Position numbers and translations under genes: made by a program
Shown here: positions 24,409 through 33,168 of the stretch, in pieces
How positions within the stretch are numbered: position 1 is the stretch's first letter
How the letters are laid out: each line of letters starts with the position of its first letter
Assembly (NCBI GenBank): GCA_003209955.1
Contig: QCOD01000006.1
Location: 15,167 to 79,166 of the forward strand
Source of the DNA: OCS116 cluster bacterium AG-430-B22
GTDB lineage: Bacteria; Pseudomonadota; Alphaproteobacteria; MED-G09
DNA length: 64,000 nt
Reading direction: 5' to 3'
The notes under the pieces: generated by a model
What the model was told of the DNA's origin: nothing
The model's database searches: none
What the model saw: the letters and a program-made list of their open reading frames with translations, nothing else

Positions 24409-25344
24409 ATTAATACTTTAATAGCAGATCTAGGTGCAACAAATGCAAGATTAGCAATCGTAAATGATTTCAAAGACTCAATCTATAAATCTTCATATAA
24501 AATTAGTAACTTTAAAACCCTTGCTGATCTGCTTAATAATTATTTAAATGAGTTTAGTATTTCTAGAGAAAATCTTTCAGGTATTTTGGGTGTTGCTGCC
24601 CCAATAATTGGTAATCAAATTAATTTTGTTAATATAGATTTTTCTTTTAACGCAAAAGAAATAGAAAAATTTTTTTTTCCTGGAGGATTGAGATTATTTA
24701 ATGATGTACAATTGCAATGTTATGCACTTAATAATTACCCGAAAAACAAATTAAAATCTGTTGGAAGTAATAAAAATTTTCCAAAAGGACCAAAGGCATT
24801 AATTATTCCTGGAACAGGCTTAGGGTTATCAATCTTGATTAATGGGGAATCTATCGCTACTGAAGCAGGGCATCTTAATATTCCTAATATAAGTGATGAA
24901 ATACAACACTTATTGGAAAACTTTAAGAAAGAAAATAAAAGAATAGCTACTTTTGAGGATTTGCTATCAGGAAAAGGGATTTCATATATCTATGGTTTTC
25001 TTTCTCAAGAGTATAATCATAATTACGCTAATGAAGATATTCTAAATAATTTAGCAGGTGACGCTTTTTGTGATGAAACTAAAATTCTTTTGATAAAAAT
25101 TTTTGCTTTTTTTGCAAAATATGTAGCTTTAATAACTGGTTCAAGTGGTGGTGTTTACTTAGCAGGATCTTTAAGTGAGAGTTTATTAAAGGATAATGAT
25201 TTTTTAGAGTTTAGGAGTATTTTTGAAAAGAGTAAAAAGATGAATAAATATCTATCAAATATTCCTATTTTCTTAATAAGCGAAAAAGATTTAGGTTATA
25301 TGGGTGCTTTAGAGGTTTATAAAAATGAAATTATTCAGAAATAA
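24409..25344 (+). CDS. glk: glucokinase (probable non-canonical ATT start)
   Basis: Frame extends upstream of the listed 24586 to LIADLGATNAR (phosphate-1 motif); PGTGLG, TEAGH, EDLLSGKG, GGVYLAG. Confidence 0.85.
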   Translation: MNTLIADLGATNARLAIVNDFKDSIYKSSYKISNFKTLADLLNNYLNEFSISRENLSGILGVAAPIIGNQINFVNIDFSFNAKEIEKFFFPGGLRLFNDVQLQCYALNNYPKNKLKSVGSNKNFPKGPKALIIPGTGLGLSILINGESIATEAGHLNIPNISDEIQHLLENFKKENKRIATFEDLLSGKGISYIYGFLSQEYNHNYANEDILNNLAGDAFCDETKILLIKIFAFFAKYVALITGSSGGVYLAGSLSESLLKDNDFLEFRSIFEKSKKMNKYLSNIPIFLISEKDLGYMGALEVYKNEIIQK

Positions 25345-27268
25345 TTTTTTAGATATAATAAAAATTCTTTTCAAGATAACACTAAATATTCCAAAATTAT
25401 TCTATATTAAATTAAGAATTTATTTTTCAACTTATAAAAAACCTATAACTATAATTAAGAATAATAGAGCATATAGAGACCTCTATAAAAATGGCAAAAT
25501 CGAAATTTATGAGAACATTGATTTTACTCCCGAACAAAGAGCTAATGATTTAATAAAAAAAATGACAATTGAAGAAAAGGCTGGGCAAATGTTTCATCCT
25601 CCAATTTCTATTAATGGCGGTACAATTTCTGAAATTATGAATCTAGCAAGCGGAAGAGGAGATACAACAGAATCATTAATTTTGGATAAAAATATTACAC
25701 ATTACAATTTATACGGCTCACCTAACCCTTCGCAATTAGCAAAAAAATTAAATCAACTTCAGAAAATTGCCGAAAGATCTAGGTTAGGTATTCCTTTAAC
25801 AATAAGCTCTGATCCAATTCATGAGGTACCACGAGGAGGAGGTGTGGCCGCTTTTTCATTAAAAGGTTTTTCAAAATGGCCATCACAATTAGGTTTTGCT
25901 GCAACTAGACAACCTGAAATAATTAAAGAATTTGCAGAAATAGCTAGAGAAGAGTATTTATCTGTCGGCCTAAGAACAGCCTTGCATCCTATGTCTGATC
26001 TTGCTACTGAGCCAAGATGGTCAAGAAATTTTGGTACTTTTGGTTCAAATGCTGATCTTTCTTCAGACTTTACTATCGCTTATATGGATGGTTTTCAGGG
26101 CAATAAGATTAATAGTAATAGTGTTTTGACAATGGTTAAACATTTTCCTGGGGGAGGTCCTCAGGAAGAAGGATTTGATCCTCATCTATACTCAGGACAA
26201 AATCAAGTCTATCCAGGAAATAATTTTGAATATCATTTAAAGCCCTTTAAGAGAGCTATTAATAATAATTTAAAGGTCATTATGCCATATTATGGTATTC
26301 CAGTTGATCAAACTTCTGAAAATGTTGCAATGGCTTATAATAAAGATATCTTAACCCATTTATTGAGAGATAAACTTGGATATGAGGGGGTTATATGCAC
26401 TGATTGGGGCATCATAACTGGACGACATTGGGGTGTTGGTGACTTAAGTTTAAGAGAAAGATATATGAAATCTATTGATGCAGGTGTAGATCAATATGGA
26501 GGCGAAAGCTCGCCCGAGTTTCTTGTTGATTTAGTAAAAAAGAATGAAATATCTGAAGATAGGATTAATTATTCAGTAAAAAAAATATTAATAAATAAGT
26601 TTGAGTTAGGTTTATTTGATAATCCTTTCGTTGACGAGAATTTAGTTGCAAAAAGAGTTGGAACAGAGACCTTTATAAAAAAAGGTTTAACTGCTCAAAA
26701 AAAATCAATAGTGTTACTAAAAAATCAAATTGAAAATAATAAAGAAATTCTACCACTTAAAAAAAATATTAAAATTTTTGTTGATGGCTTTAACAAGAAA
26801 GAAATAAAGAAATATTGTGAAATCACTGATGATCCTAAAGATTCTGATTATATCATTGTTCAGTTGCGAACTGTTTTTAATGGAAACCAGCCATCCGGTA
26901 TTGATAGGCCGATTGATAATTTTTTAAGTACTATATTTCCAAATAATGATTTGAATTACGATGAGAAAATTTTATCTAAATTAATAAAATATTCTTCATT
27001 GAGTAAACTAATCACTGTTGTTGACCTAAACAGACCAGCAATTCTTACTGAAATTGAAAAACTAAGTCATGGATTAATAGGTGTTTTTGGTGTTTTTGAT
27101 GAGGTTGTATTAGAAATAATTTTTGGTAATTTTAATCCAACAGGAAAACTTCCTTTTGATATCCCTTCATCTATGAAAGAAGTGAATGATCAACTTTCGG
27201 ATGTTCCCGATGACACAAGAAACCCAATTTTTAGATATGGTCATGGATTAAGTTATTTAGAAGAATAA
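25325..27268 (+). CDS. glycoside hydrolase family 3 (beta-glucosidase-like)
   Basis: MTIEEKAGQ, SRLGIP, KHFPG, CTDWG nucleophile, PTGKLPF, GHGLSY. Confidence 0.93.
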   Translation: MKLFRNNFLDIIKILFKITLNIPKLFYIKLRIYFSTYKKPITIIKNNRAYRDLYKNGKIEIYENIDFTPEQRANDLIKKMTIEEKAGQMFHPPISINGGTISEIMNLASGRGDTTESLILDKNITHYNLYGSPNPSQLAKKLNQLQKIAERSRLGIPLTISSDPIHEVPRGGGVAAFSLKGFSKWPSQLGFAATRQPEIIKEFAEIAREEYLSVGLRTALHPMSDLATEPRWSRNFGTFGSNADLSSDFTIAYMDGFQGNKINSNSVLTMVKHFPGGGPQEEGFDPHLYSGQNQVYPGNNFEYHLKPFKRAINNNLKVIMPYYGIPVDQTSENVAMAYNKDILTHLLRDKLGYEGVICTDWGIITGRHWGVGDLSLRERYMKSIDAGVDQYGGESSPEFLVDLVKKNEISEDRINYSVKKILINKFELGLFDNPFVDENLVAKRVGTETFIKKGLTAQKKSIVLLKNQIENNKEILPLKKNIKIFVDGFNKKEIKKYCEITDDPKDSDYIIVQLRTVFNGNQPSGIDRPIDNFLSTIFPNNDLNYDEKILSKLIKYSSLSKLITVVDLNRPAILTEIEKLSHGLIGVFGVFDEVVLEIIFGNFNPTGKLPFDIPSSMKEVNDQLSDVPDDTRNPIFRYGHGLSYLEE

Positions 27269-27284
27269 AAATTGTAATATAAAA

Positions 27285-27812
27285 CTACATATATGTTGGG
27301 TCTTCAAAGTAAAGCTCTTCTTCAGATAAAACCTTAATGTTGTATTCATCTCTTAAATCTTTAATTGTTCGAGAAAAATAATTTTCAGGAATAAGCCAAG
27401 GCCATTTCTTTTTCATGAATTTGACTCTTTTCCAGGCCATTATCTTTTGTTTTCTAGCTCTAAAGACTAATGAAAAGATCCTCATTAAGCCGTACTCTTT
27501 ATATAATTTTTTATATAATTGAGTTAGTTCGCCACCCGAAAAAGCATACTTAAATGTTTTTTTCCAAGGAATACCAGTTGTACCCCGAATAGCATATGTA
27601 TCCAAAACGCTCTCTTCTTCTAAAGAAAGCGCTATTCCAAAAATAACATGCTGACAATCATGTCCAAGAAGAAACTGACGATATCCCTCATCTAGGCCGT
27701 TATTTTCATCACCAGTAAGTTTTGCTTCCGGACCAATATGATCTAGATATTCTTCCAAACCTTGTTTAAGTGTTAGTTCACAATCTTGTTCTTGATATTT
27801 TAATCTTTTCAT
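27285..27812 (-). CDS. hypothetical protein with Coq4-like HDxxH-x11-E metal-binding motif
   Basis: HDCQHVIFGIALSLEEE; C-terminal TIKDLRDEYNI. Confidence 0.55.
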   Translation of the reverse strand: MKRLKYQEQDCELTLKQGLEEYLDHIGPEAKLTGDENNGLDEGYRQFLLGHDCQHVIFGIALSLEEESVLDTYAIRGTTGIPWKKTFKYAFSGGELTQLYKKLYKEYGLMRIFSLVFRARKQKIMAWKRVKFMKKKWPWLIPENYFSRTIKDLRDEYNIKVLSEEELYFEDPTYM

Positions 27813-27886
27813 TTCAATAACTTTTTATTGTTCTTATTTTTAGTAAATATCATCTTCCAAAATATTTTTCAATTTTTTTTAAGAAA

Positions 27887-27962
27887 TGGCTCCCCGGGCC
27901 GGACTCGAACCAGCGACCCAATGATTAACAGTCATTTGCTCTACCAACTGAGCTACCGGGGA
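27887..27962 (-). tRNA. tRNA-Asn(GTT)
   Basis: Reverse complement TCCCCGG-TAGCTCAGTTGGTAGAGC-AATGA CT GTT AA TCATT-...GTTCGAG...CCGGGGAGCCA; 76 nt. Confidence 0.98.
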
Positions 27963-28044
27963 ACAGTTGAATATTTTTTAGCAGATGATTTGTATTTTTT
28001 CCATATTATATTTATTTAAAGTTATTATTTAACATCCTGTTGAT

Positions 28045-28074
28045 TTGACCGAAGAATACAAAAAAAGGTATAAT
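28045..28074 (+). promoter_or_regulatory. sigma70 promoter, probably giving a leaderless mRNA
   Basis: TTGACC, 18 nt, TATAAT, ending 5 nt before ATG 28080. Confidence 0.6.
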
Positions 28075-28079
28075 AAGTA

Positions 28080-28268
28080 ATGAAGTTTATTTCTTTTCTA
28101 AATAAATGTGGCCCATTATTTTTTGGATTATTTTTTTTAGCACCAGTGCTTGTTGAAATTATGAATTTATATAATTTTTCATTTCCAATTATATCGAATA
28201 TTTACTTTGCTCTGCTTCTAGGTTTTTCTTGGGGACTTATTGCTACTATAAGAGGAAGTTGGATATGA
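28080..28268 (+). CDS. small two-helix membrane protein
   Basis: Two hydrophobic segments, C-terminal RGSWI; ATGA-coupled to the next gene. Confidence 0.7.
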   Translation: MKFISFLNKCGPLFFGLFFLAPVLVEIMNLYNFSFPIISNIYFALLLGFSWGLIATIRGSWI

Positions 28269-29110
28269 CTGAGTCCTTGTTACGTAAAGAACAGGAGATA
28301 GCTAGAAAGTATCTTTTTAAAGATACTTGGATTTATGTAGTATGGGGCATTAGTAATTTTCTTATTTGGATCTCTTTGTGGCCAATAGCTTTTATGAATA
28401 TTCTACCTTTATGGGTTATATTTATTATTGCTACAATAAATTGTTGTTTGGCATATCTTCCATCGCATGAAGCGCAGCATGGTAATATTGTTAGAAGGAA
28501 TTCTCCTTATTTTTGGATTAATGAACTGATAGGTTATATTTCTGTTATACCTCTTTTAACTGGATATAAGCTTCTAAAGGAAACTCATATGCTTCATCAC
28601 AAGCATACAAATGATCCAAATAAAGACCCTGATATAGGAACAAAATCTAAAAACTTTATACATTCATTGTGGGTTTGTGGTGTCTTACAAAGACAGCCTA
28701 ATGCTGGCTATGGTCTTCAATCAGATTTCTATAAAAAAAATATAAGTAGCAAGGCATTACAAGAGCATTTTATATTTTTCTGGTTTCATTGGGCTTTATT
28801 AGCATTTTTAGCATTGTCTGGTTATGGATTAATAGCATTATCAATTTGGTGGTTACCAAGATTAATAGGTACTGCATATTTACAAATTACTCTATCATTT
28901 TTACCTCATAAGCCTATGAAAAATAAGGGTAGATATAACGATACTCGAGGTTGGAAAGCCTATACTGGAACTATACTTACACAAGGTATGGAGTACCACA
29001 TAATCCATCATTTATATCCTTCGATACCTTTACATAAAACACCAAGTGCATTTAGAGATATGAAACATATATTAGAAAAGAAAAATTGTGTCCTCGATGG
29101 TGGCATCTAA
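28265..29110 (+). CDS. membrane fatty acid desaturase superfamily protein, CrtR (beta-carotene hydroxylase)-like
   Basis: Three His boxes HEAQH, HMLHH(KHTNDPNKDPD), YHIIHHLYPSIP; start ATG 28265. Confidence 0.85.
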   Translation: MTESLLRKEQEIARKYLFKDTWIYVVWGISNFLIWISLWPIAFMNILPLWVIFIIATINCCLAYLPSHEAQHGNIVRRNSPYFWINELIGYISVIPLLTGYKLLKETHMLHHKHTNDPNKDPDIGTKSKNFIHSLWVCGVLQRQPNAGYGLQSDFYKKNISSKALQEHFIFFWFHWALLAFLALSGYGLIALSIWWLPRLIGTAYLQITLSFLPHKPMKNKGRYNDTRGWKAYTGTILTQGMEYHIIHHLYPSIPLHKTPSAFRDMKHILEKKNCVLDGGI

Positions 29111-29124
29111 TACAAAGGATTAAA

Positions 29125-30138
29125 ATGACTTTAACGAATTTACCTAAAAATAAGAAAGCTATTTTATTAAAAAGACCCGAAAATGAAATTACAGATGATT
29201 TGTTTAAAATAATTGATGAAGAATGCATCGAGCCTAATGATGATGAGCTTCTTATTAGAGTTGATACAATAGCTATTGATGCATGGATTAGAACAACATT
29301 TGATGAGGGTAGTTATCATGATACATCGCAGTTAAATCAAGGAATAGGCGCTTTAGGAATCGGTGAAGTTTTAATTAGTAAATCTGATAAATTTAAGGAA
29401 GGTGATTTTGTAAGTGGTCCAATGGGGGCTCAAACGCATATTACTATGCACTCTGCAGCTTATCAAAAGGTTGAAAGCAATAGTGCAGATCCCGAATTAA
29501 ATATTGGTTTACTTGGGTTGACAACAGGATTAACCGCTTATTTTGGATTAATTGATGTTGGAAAAGTTAAAAAGGGCGAATTTGTTGTTGTCTCAGGAGC
29601 TGCAGGTGGTGTAGGCATTATTGTTTGTCAATTAGCAAAAACTAAAGGTGCAAAAGTTATAGGGATAGCTGGAGGTGAAGAAAAAAGAAACTTTCTGCTT
29701 AATGAAATAAAAGTTGATTATGCAATTGATTATAAAAATCAGAATGTTAGAGAAGAATTAGAAAGTATAGTTAAAGATAAAATTGATGTATTTTTCGATA
29801 ATGTAGGCGGAGAAATTCTAAATGATGTTCTTAATAATCTAAACACAGGAGCTAGAATTGCTATATGTGGAGCAATTTCACAGTATAATAATTTTGATAA
29901 TATATTAGGACCTAGCGCATACCTTAAGCTTGCAGAAAGATATTCAAGAATGGAAGGCTTTACAGTTATGCATTTTTCAGAAAAATTTCCAGAAGCCATT
30001 AATGAATTAACTAAATTATATAATAATGGTGATATTATTGTTCCAACTCATTATGAGGAAGGCATTGAAACCTTTCCTAAATCTATTCAAATGCTATTTA
30101 ACGGAGGTCATAAAGGAAAACTTATGGTGAGGATGTAA
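29125..30138 (+). CDS. NADP-dependent alkenal/double-bond reductase (PTGR/CurA-type MDR)
   Basis: GLTAYFGL, VSGAAGGVG, FFDNVGG, CGAISQYN; start ATG 29125. Confidence 0.9.
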   Translation: MTLTNLPKNKKAILLKRPENEITDDLFKIIDEECIEPNDDELLIRVDTIAIDAWIRTTFDEGSYHDTSQLNQGIGALGIGEVLISKSDKFKEGDFVSGPMGAQTHITMHSAAYQKVESNSADPELNIGLLGLTTGLTAYFGLIDVGKVKKGEFVVVSGAAGGVGIIVCQLAKTKGAKVIGIAGGEEKRNFLLNEIKVDYAIDYKNQNVREELESIVKDKIDVFFDNVGGEILNDVLNNLNTGARIAICGAISQYNNFDNILGPSAYLKLAERYSRMEGFTVMHFSEKFPEAINELTKLYNNGDIIVPTHYEEGIETFPKSIQMLFNGGHKGKLMVRM

Positions 30139-31419
30139 ATGACTGATATCAACCATGAAGAGGTAGATTTAACAAATGTTGAAATCCAACAATGCCCCTA
30201 TGATGCTTACAAAAAATTAAGAAATAATGCTCCTGTTTATCAAGATCCAAAAACGGGTTTCTTCATTGTTACTCGTTATGAAGATGTTAGAAATGTTCTT
30301 AAAGATACTGAGAATTTTAAGAGTTCTTATGGAGCTGCAGGACAAAAGGCCGAAGGTAATATCAATACTGAGCATGTAAATAAAGGCACACAATTATTTA
30401 AAGAAAAAGGGTGGGTTCCAGCACCAACTCTTGCTGGTAGGGATGATCCAAATCATAAAGAAATGAGGTCAATTTTTGATCAAGCTTTCAGACCTGGTAA
30501 AATTAAAGAACTAGAACCAAATGTTGAAAGTCTATCCTATGAACTTATTAATGCATTTTTAGATACTGGTTATTGTGATTGGGTTGAACAATTTTCTATT
30601 CCTCTTCCTTTAAAAATAATAGGAATTCAAATGGGGATAGAGGATGAAGATGATCTATGGAAAATTAAAAAATCTACCGATGCGTTTTTTCATAGAATTG
30701 GAATGATGTTATCACAGGAAGAAGAATTAGAAACTATTGAGCGAGAAATAGAAGGCCAACATTACTTCCAGCCTATTTTTGAAAAATTAAGAGAATGCCC
30801 TAATGATACATTACTGAGTGAGTTGGTTAATACTGAAATTGAAGAATGGGGCAGAACTCTTAATGATAATGAGTTACACGCCGAAATGATGGCAGATACC
30901 TTTGTTGGTGGAAGTGAAACTACTACAAATGCTTTGTCTGCTGGTATAAAATTACTCATCGAAAAAAAAGATATATGGGGCATGCTTAAAGAGAATTCAG
31001 AGAAATATTTGAAAGTTTTTGTTGAAGAGGTATTAAGGCTTGAATCACCTGTTCAAAGTTTAATGAGAAATACTCATAAAGATGTAGAGTTAAATGGAGT
31101 AAAAATTCCAGCTGGATCAATAATTAATGTTAGATATGCTGCTGCAAATAGAGATGAAAATTACTTCGAGAAACCAGAAGAGATTAATTTAGAAAGAAAG
31201 AAAGCTGGCTCTCATATGGCTTTTGGTTCAGGTATTCATCATTGCTTAGGAGCGCCTTTAGCTAGAAGAGAGTTATATTGGGGTTTTAAGGCAGCATTAG
31301 ATTCTTTTGATGATATGTGGTTTGCCGAAGGAAAAAATAATTTTGAGTATCATCCTCACTATCTGTTAAGATCTCTTAAAGAACTTCATATAGAATTTAC
31401 TCCAAATCCAAAAAGGTAG
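30139..31419 (+). CDS. cytochrome P450
   Basis: I-helix GGSETT, EEVLR (ExxR), AANRD, heme motif FGSGIHHCLG. Confidence 0.97.
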   Translation: MTDINHEEVDLTNVEIQQCPYDAYKKLRNNAPVYQDPKTGFFIVTRYEDVRNVLKDTENFKSSYGAAGQKAEGNINTEHVNKGTQLFKEKGWVPAPTLAGRDDPNHKEMRSIFDQAFRPGKIKELEPNVESLSYELINAFLDTGYCDWVEQFSIPLPLKIIGIQMGIEDEDDLWKIKKSTDAFFHRIGMMLSQEEELETIEREIEGQHYFQPIFEKLRECPNDTLLSELVNTEIEEWGRTLNDNELHAEMMADTFVGGSETTTNALSAGIKLLIEKKDIWGMLKENSEKYLKVFVEEVLRLESPVQSLMRNTHKDVELNGVKIPAGSIINVRYAAANRDENYFEKPEEINLERKKAGSHMAFGSGIHHCLGAPLARRELYWGFKAALDSFDDMWFAEGKNNFEYHPHYLLRSLKELHIEFTPNPKR

Positions 31420-31425
31420 AATAAA

Positions 31426-32172
31426 TTGAGATTACGCCAAATTTGTTTTGTTGCAAAAGATCTTGAGAATTCATTAAAAAACTTTTCTTTTATTATCGGT
31501 TCTGAAGTTTGCTTTAGAGACGAAGGCGTTAGTCATTTTGGTTTAGAAAATGGTTTATTAGAGATTGATGGAAATTTTATTGAGGTTGTTTCTCCATTTA
31601 AAAAAGATACAACCGCAGAGAGATTTATGTCTAAAATGAATGGTGACGCGGGATACATGTTGATATTTGAGTGCGAAAATGCAGATCTTTATAGACAGAA
31701 AGCAGATAAATTAAATATAAGGAGTATTTGGAATACTGATTTAGAAAACGGAGTTAAAGCTACTCATTACCATCCTAAAGATATTGGCGGGTTAATTATT
31801 TCTGTTGACTCAATGAACAAAAAAAAGTGGTACGATAAAAATTCATATTGGCAATGGGCTGGCGATGATTGGCAATTAAAAACAAACAATCAATGTTCAA
31901 TTTCATCTATTTCTATGAGTTGCAAAAACCCAAGTAAATTAGCAAATCAATGGGGATCTTTTCTCGATCTTTCTGTAAATGAATCTGAAGATAAATATAT
32001 TATTAAAGGAGATGATTTCAATATTTTCTTTATTTATGATGATATTAAGGGGATAGATTACCTATCACAACTAACTTTAAAAATTAATAATTCCAAACTC
32101 AAAGATAAAATATTTCAAAAATATAAAGAAAATGAAATTGAAATTTGTGGTACCAAAATAGATTTAATTTAA
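31426..32172 (+). CDS. VOC/glyoxalase-like protein
   Basis: LRQICFVAKDL, FGLEN, FIEVVSP, HPKDIGG. Confidence 0.75.
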   Translation: MRLRQICFVAKDLENSLKNFSFIIGSEVCFRDEGVSHFGLENGLLEIDGNFIEVVSPFKKDTTAERFMSKMNGDAGYMLIFECENADLYRQKADKLNIRSIWNTDLENGVKATHYHPKDIGGLIISVDSMNKKKWYDKNSYWQWAGDDWQLKTNNQCSISSISMSCKNPSKLANQWGSFLDLSVNESEDKYIIKGDDFNIFFIYDDIKGIDYLSQLTLKINNSKLKDKIFQKYKENEIEICGTKIDLI

Positions 32173-32174
32173 TT

Positions 32175-33047
32175 ATGAAACTTATTTCTTATAAAATAGA
32201 TGAAGAAGTACAAATAGGAGCTCTAAGAGATGATGGTGTTGTACCTTTTTCTCAAGATAAAGATATTCCAAAGAATATGCTTAATTTTTTAGAGGATGGA
32301 ACCACAACATTGAATAAGGCAAAAAAGCTCTTTAAGGAATCTGATATCTCTATAAAATTAAATGATATTAGAATAGTAAAGCCTATTAATCGGCCACCAA
32401 AGATTATTGCAATAGGTTTAAATTATGCAGATCATTTAGAAGAAATAAGAGCCTCTGGTAGGGATATTGTAACACCAAAGGTTCCCATGATTTTTAATAA
32501 ACAATCATTATCAGCTAATGGTCCTTATGATGACATCCATAAACCTAGTGTTTCAGACAAATTAGATTATGAAGGAGAACTTACTATAGTTATAGGAAAA
32601 AAATGTCGGCATGTTAAAAAGGATAATGCAGAAGATGTTATCGCAGGATACACCATCGGAAATGACATTAGCGTTAGAGACTGGCAAATGCGTGTACCAA
32701 CTTTTACTATAGGTAAATCATTTGATACTCATTGTCCGTTTGGACCATCAATAGTGACTAAAGAAGAAATTAAAGATCCTCATAACCTCGATTTAATAAC
32801 AGAAGTAAATGGAGAGGTTCGTCAAAAATCTAATACTAAAAATTTGATATTTAATTGTTATGATATAATTGAGCATTTATCTACTGCATTTACACTTGAG
32901 CCAGGAGATCTTATTCTTACTGGAACACCAAGCGGTGTAGGTGTGGTTGATGATGTATTTTTAAAGCATGGAGATATTGTTAAAGTTTCAATTTCAGAAA
33001 TCGGTTATATTGAGAATAAGATAATTAATGAGCCATTTGAGGGTTAG
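32175..33047 (+). CDS. fumarylacetoacetate hydrolase family protein
   Basis: IGLNYADH, LDYEGEL, NDISVRD, GKSFDT, TGTPSGVG; start ATG 32175. Confidence 0.95.
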   Translation: MKLISYKIDEEVQIGALRDDGVVPFSQDKDIPKNMLNFLEDGTTTLNKAKKLFKESDISIKLNDIRIVKPINRPPKIIAIGLNYADHLEEIRASGRDIVTPKVPMIFNKQSLSANGPYDDIHKPSVSDKLDYEGELTIVIGKKCRHVKKDNAEDVIAGYTIGNDISVRDWQMRVPTFTIGKSFDTHCPFGPSIVTKEEIKDPHNLDLITEVNGEVRQKSNTKNLIFNCYDIIEHLSTAFTLEPGDLILTGTPSGVGVVDDVFLKHGDIVKVSISEIGYIENKIINEPFEG

Positions 33048-33048
33048 T

Positions 33049-33165
33049 ATGGGTATATCAGTTTGTAATGAGCCAAAAAGAAATAATGTTAAGCTTGATA
33101 AAGAAAGACAAAAACAATTAAAAAAAGATTTAGCTTACTTTAAAAAAAAATCTAAGAACAAGTAG
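33049..33165 (+). CDS. unlisted 38-aa basic small protein (MGISVCNEPKRNNVKLDKERQKQLKKDLAYFKKKSKNK)
   Basis: ATG 1 nt after the FAH stop, SD GAGGG, fills the gap to within 3 nt of the convergent stop. Confidence 0.55.
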   Translation: MGISVCNEPKRNNVKLDKERQKQLKKDLAYFKKKSKNK

Positions 33166-33168
33166 ATC

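Noticed and set aside
24670-24678. T9 homopolymer in glk as a phase-variation tract
   Set aside because: Frame intact and such runs are common at this base composition
27828-28019. 63-aa plus-strand ORF
   Set aside because: Antisense shadow of tRNA-Asn
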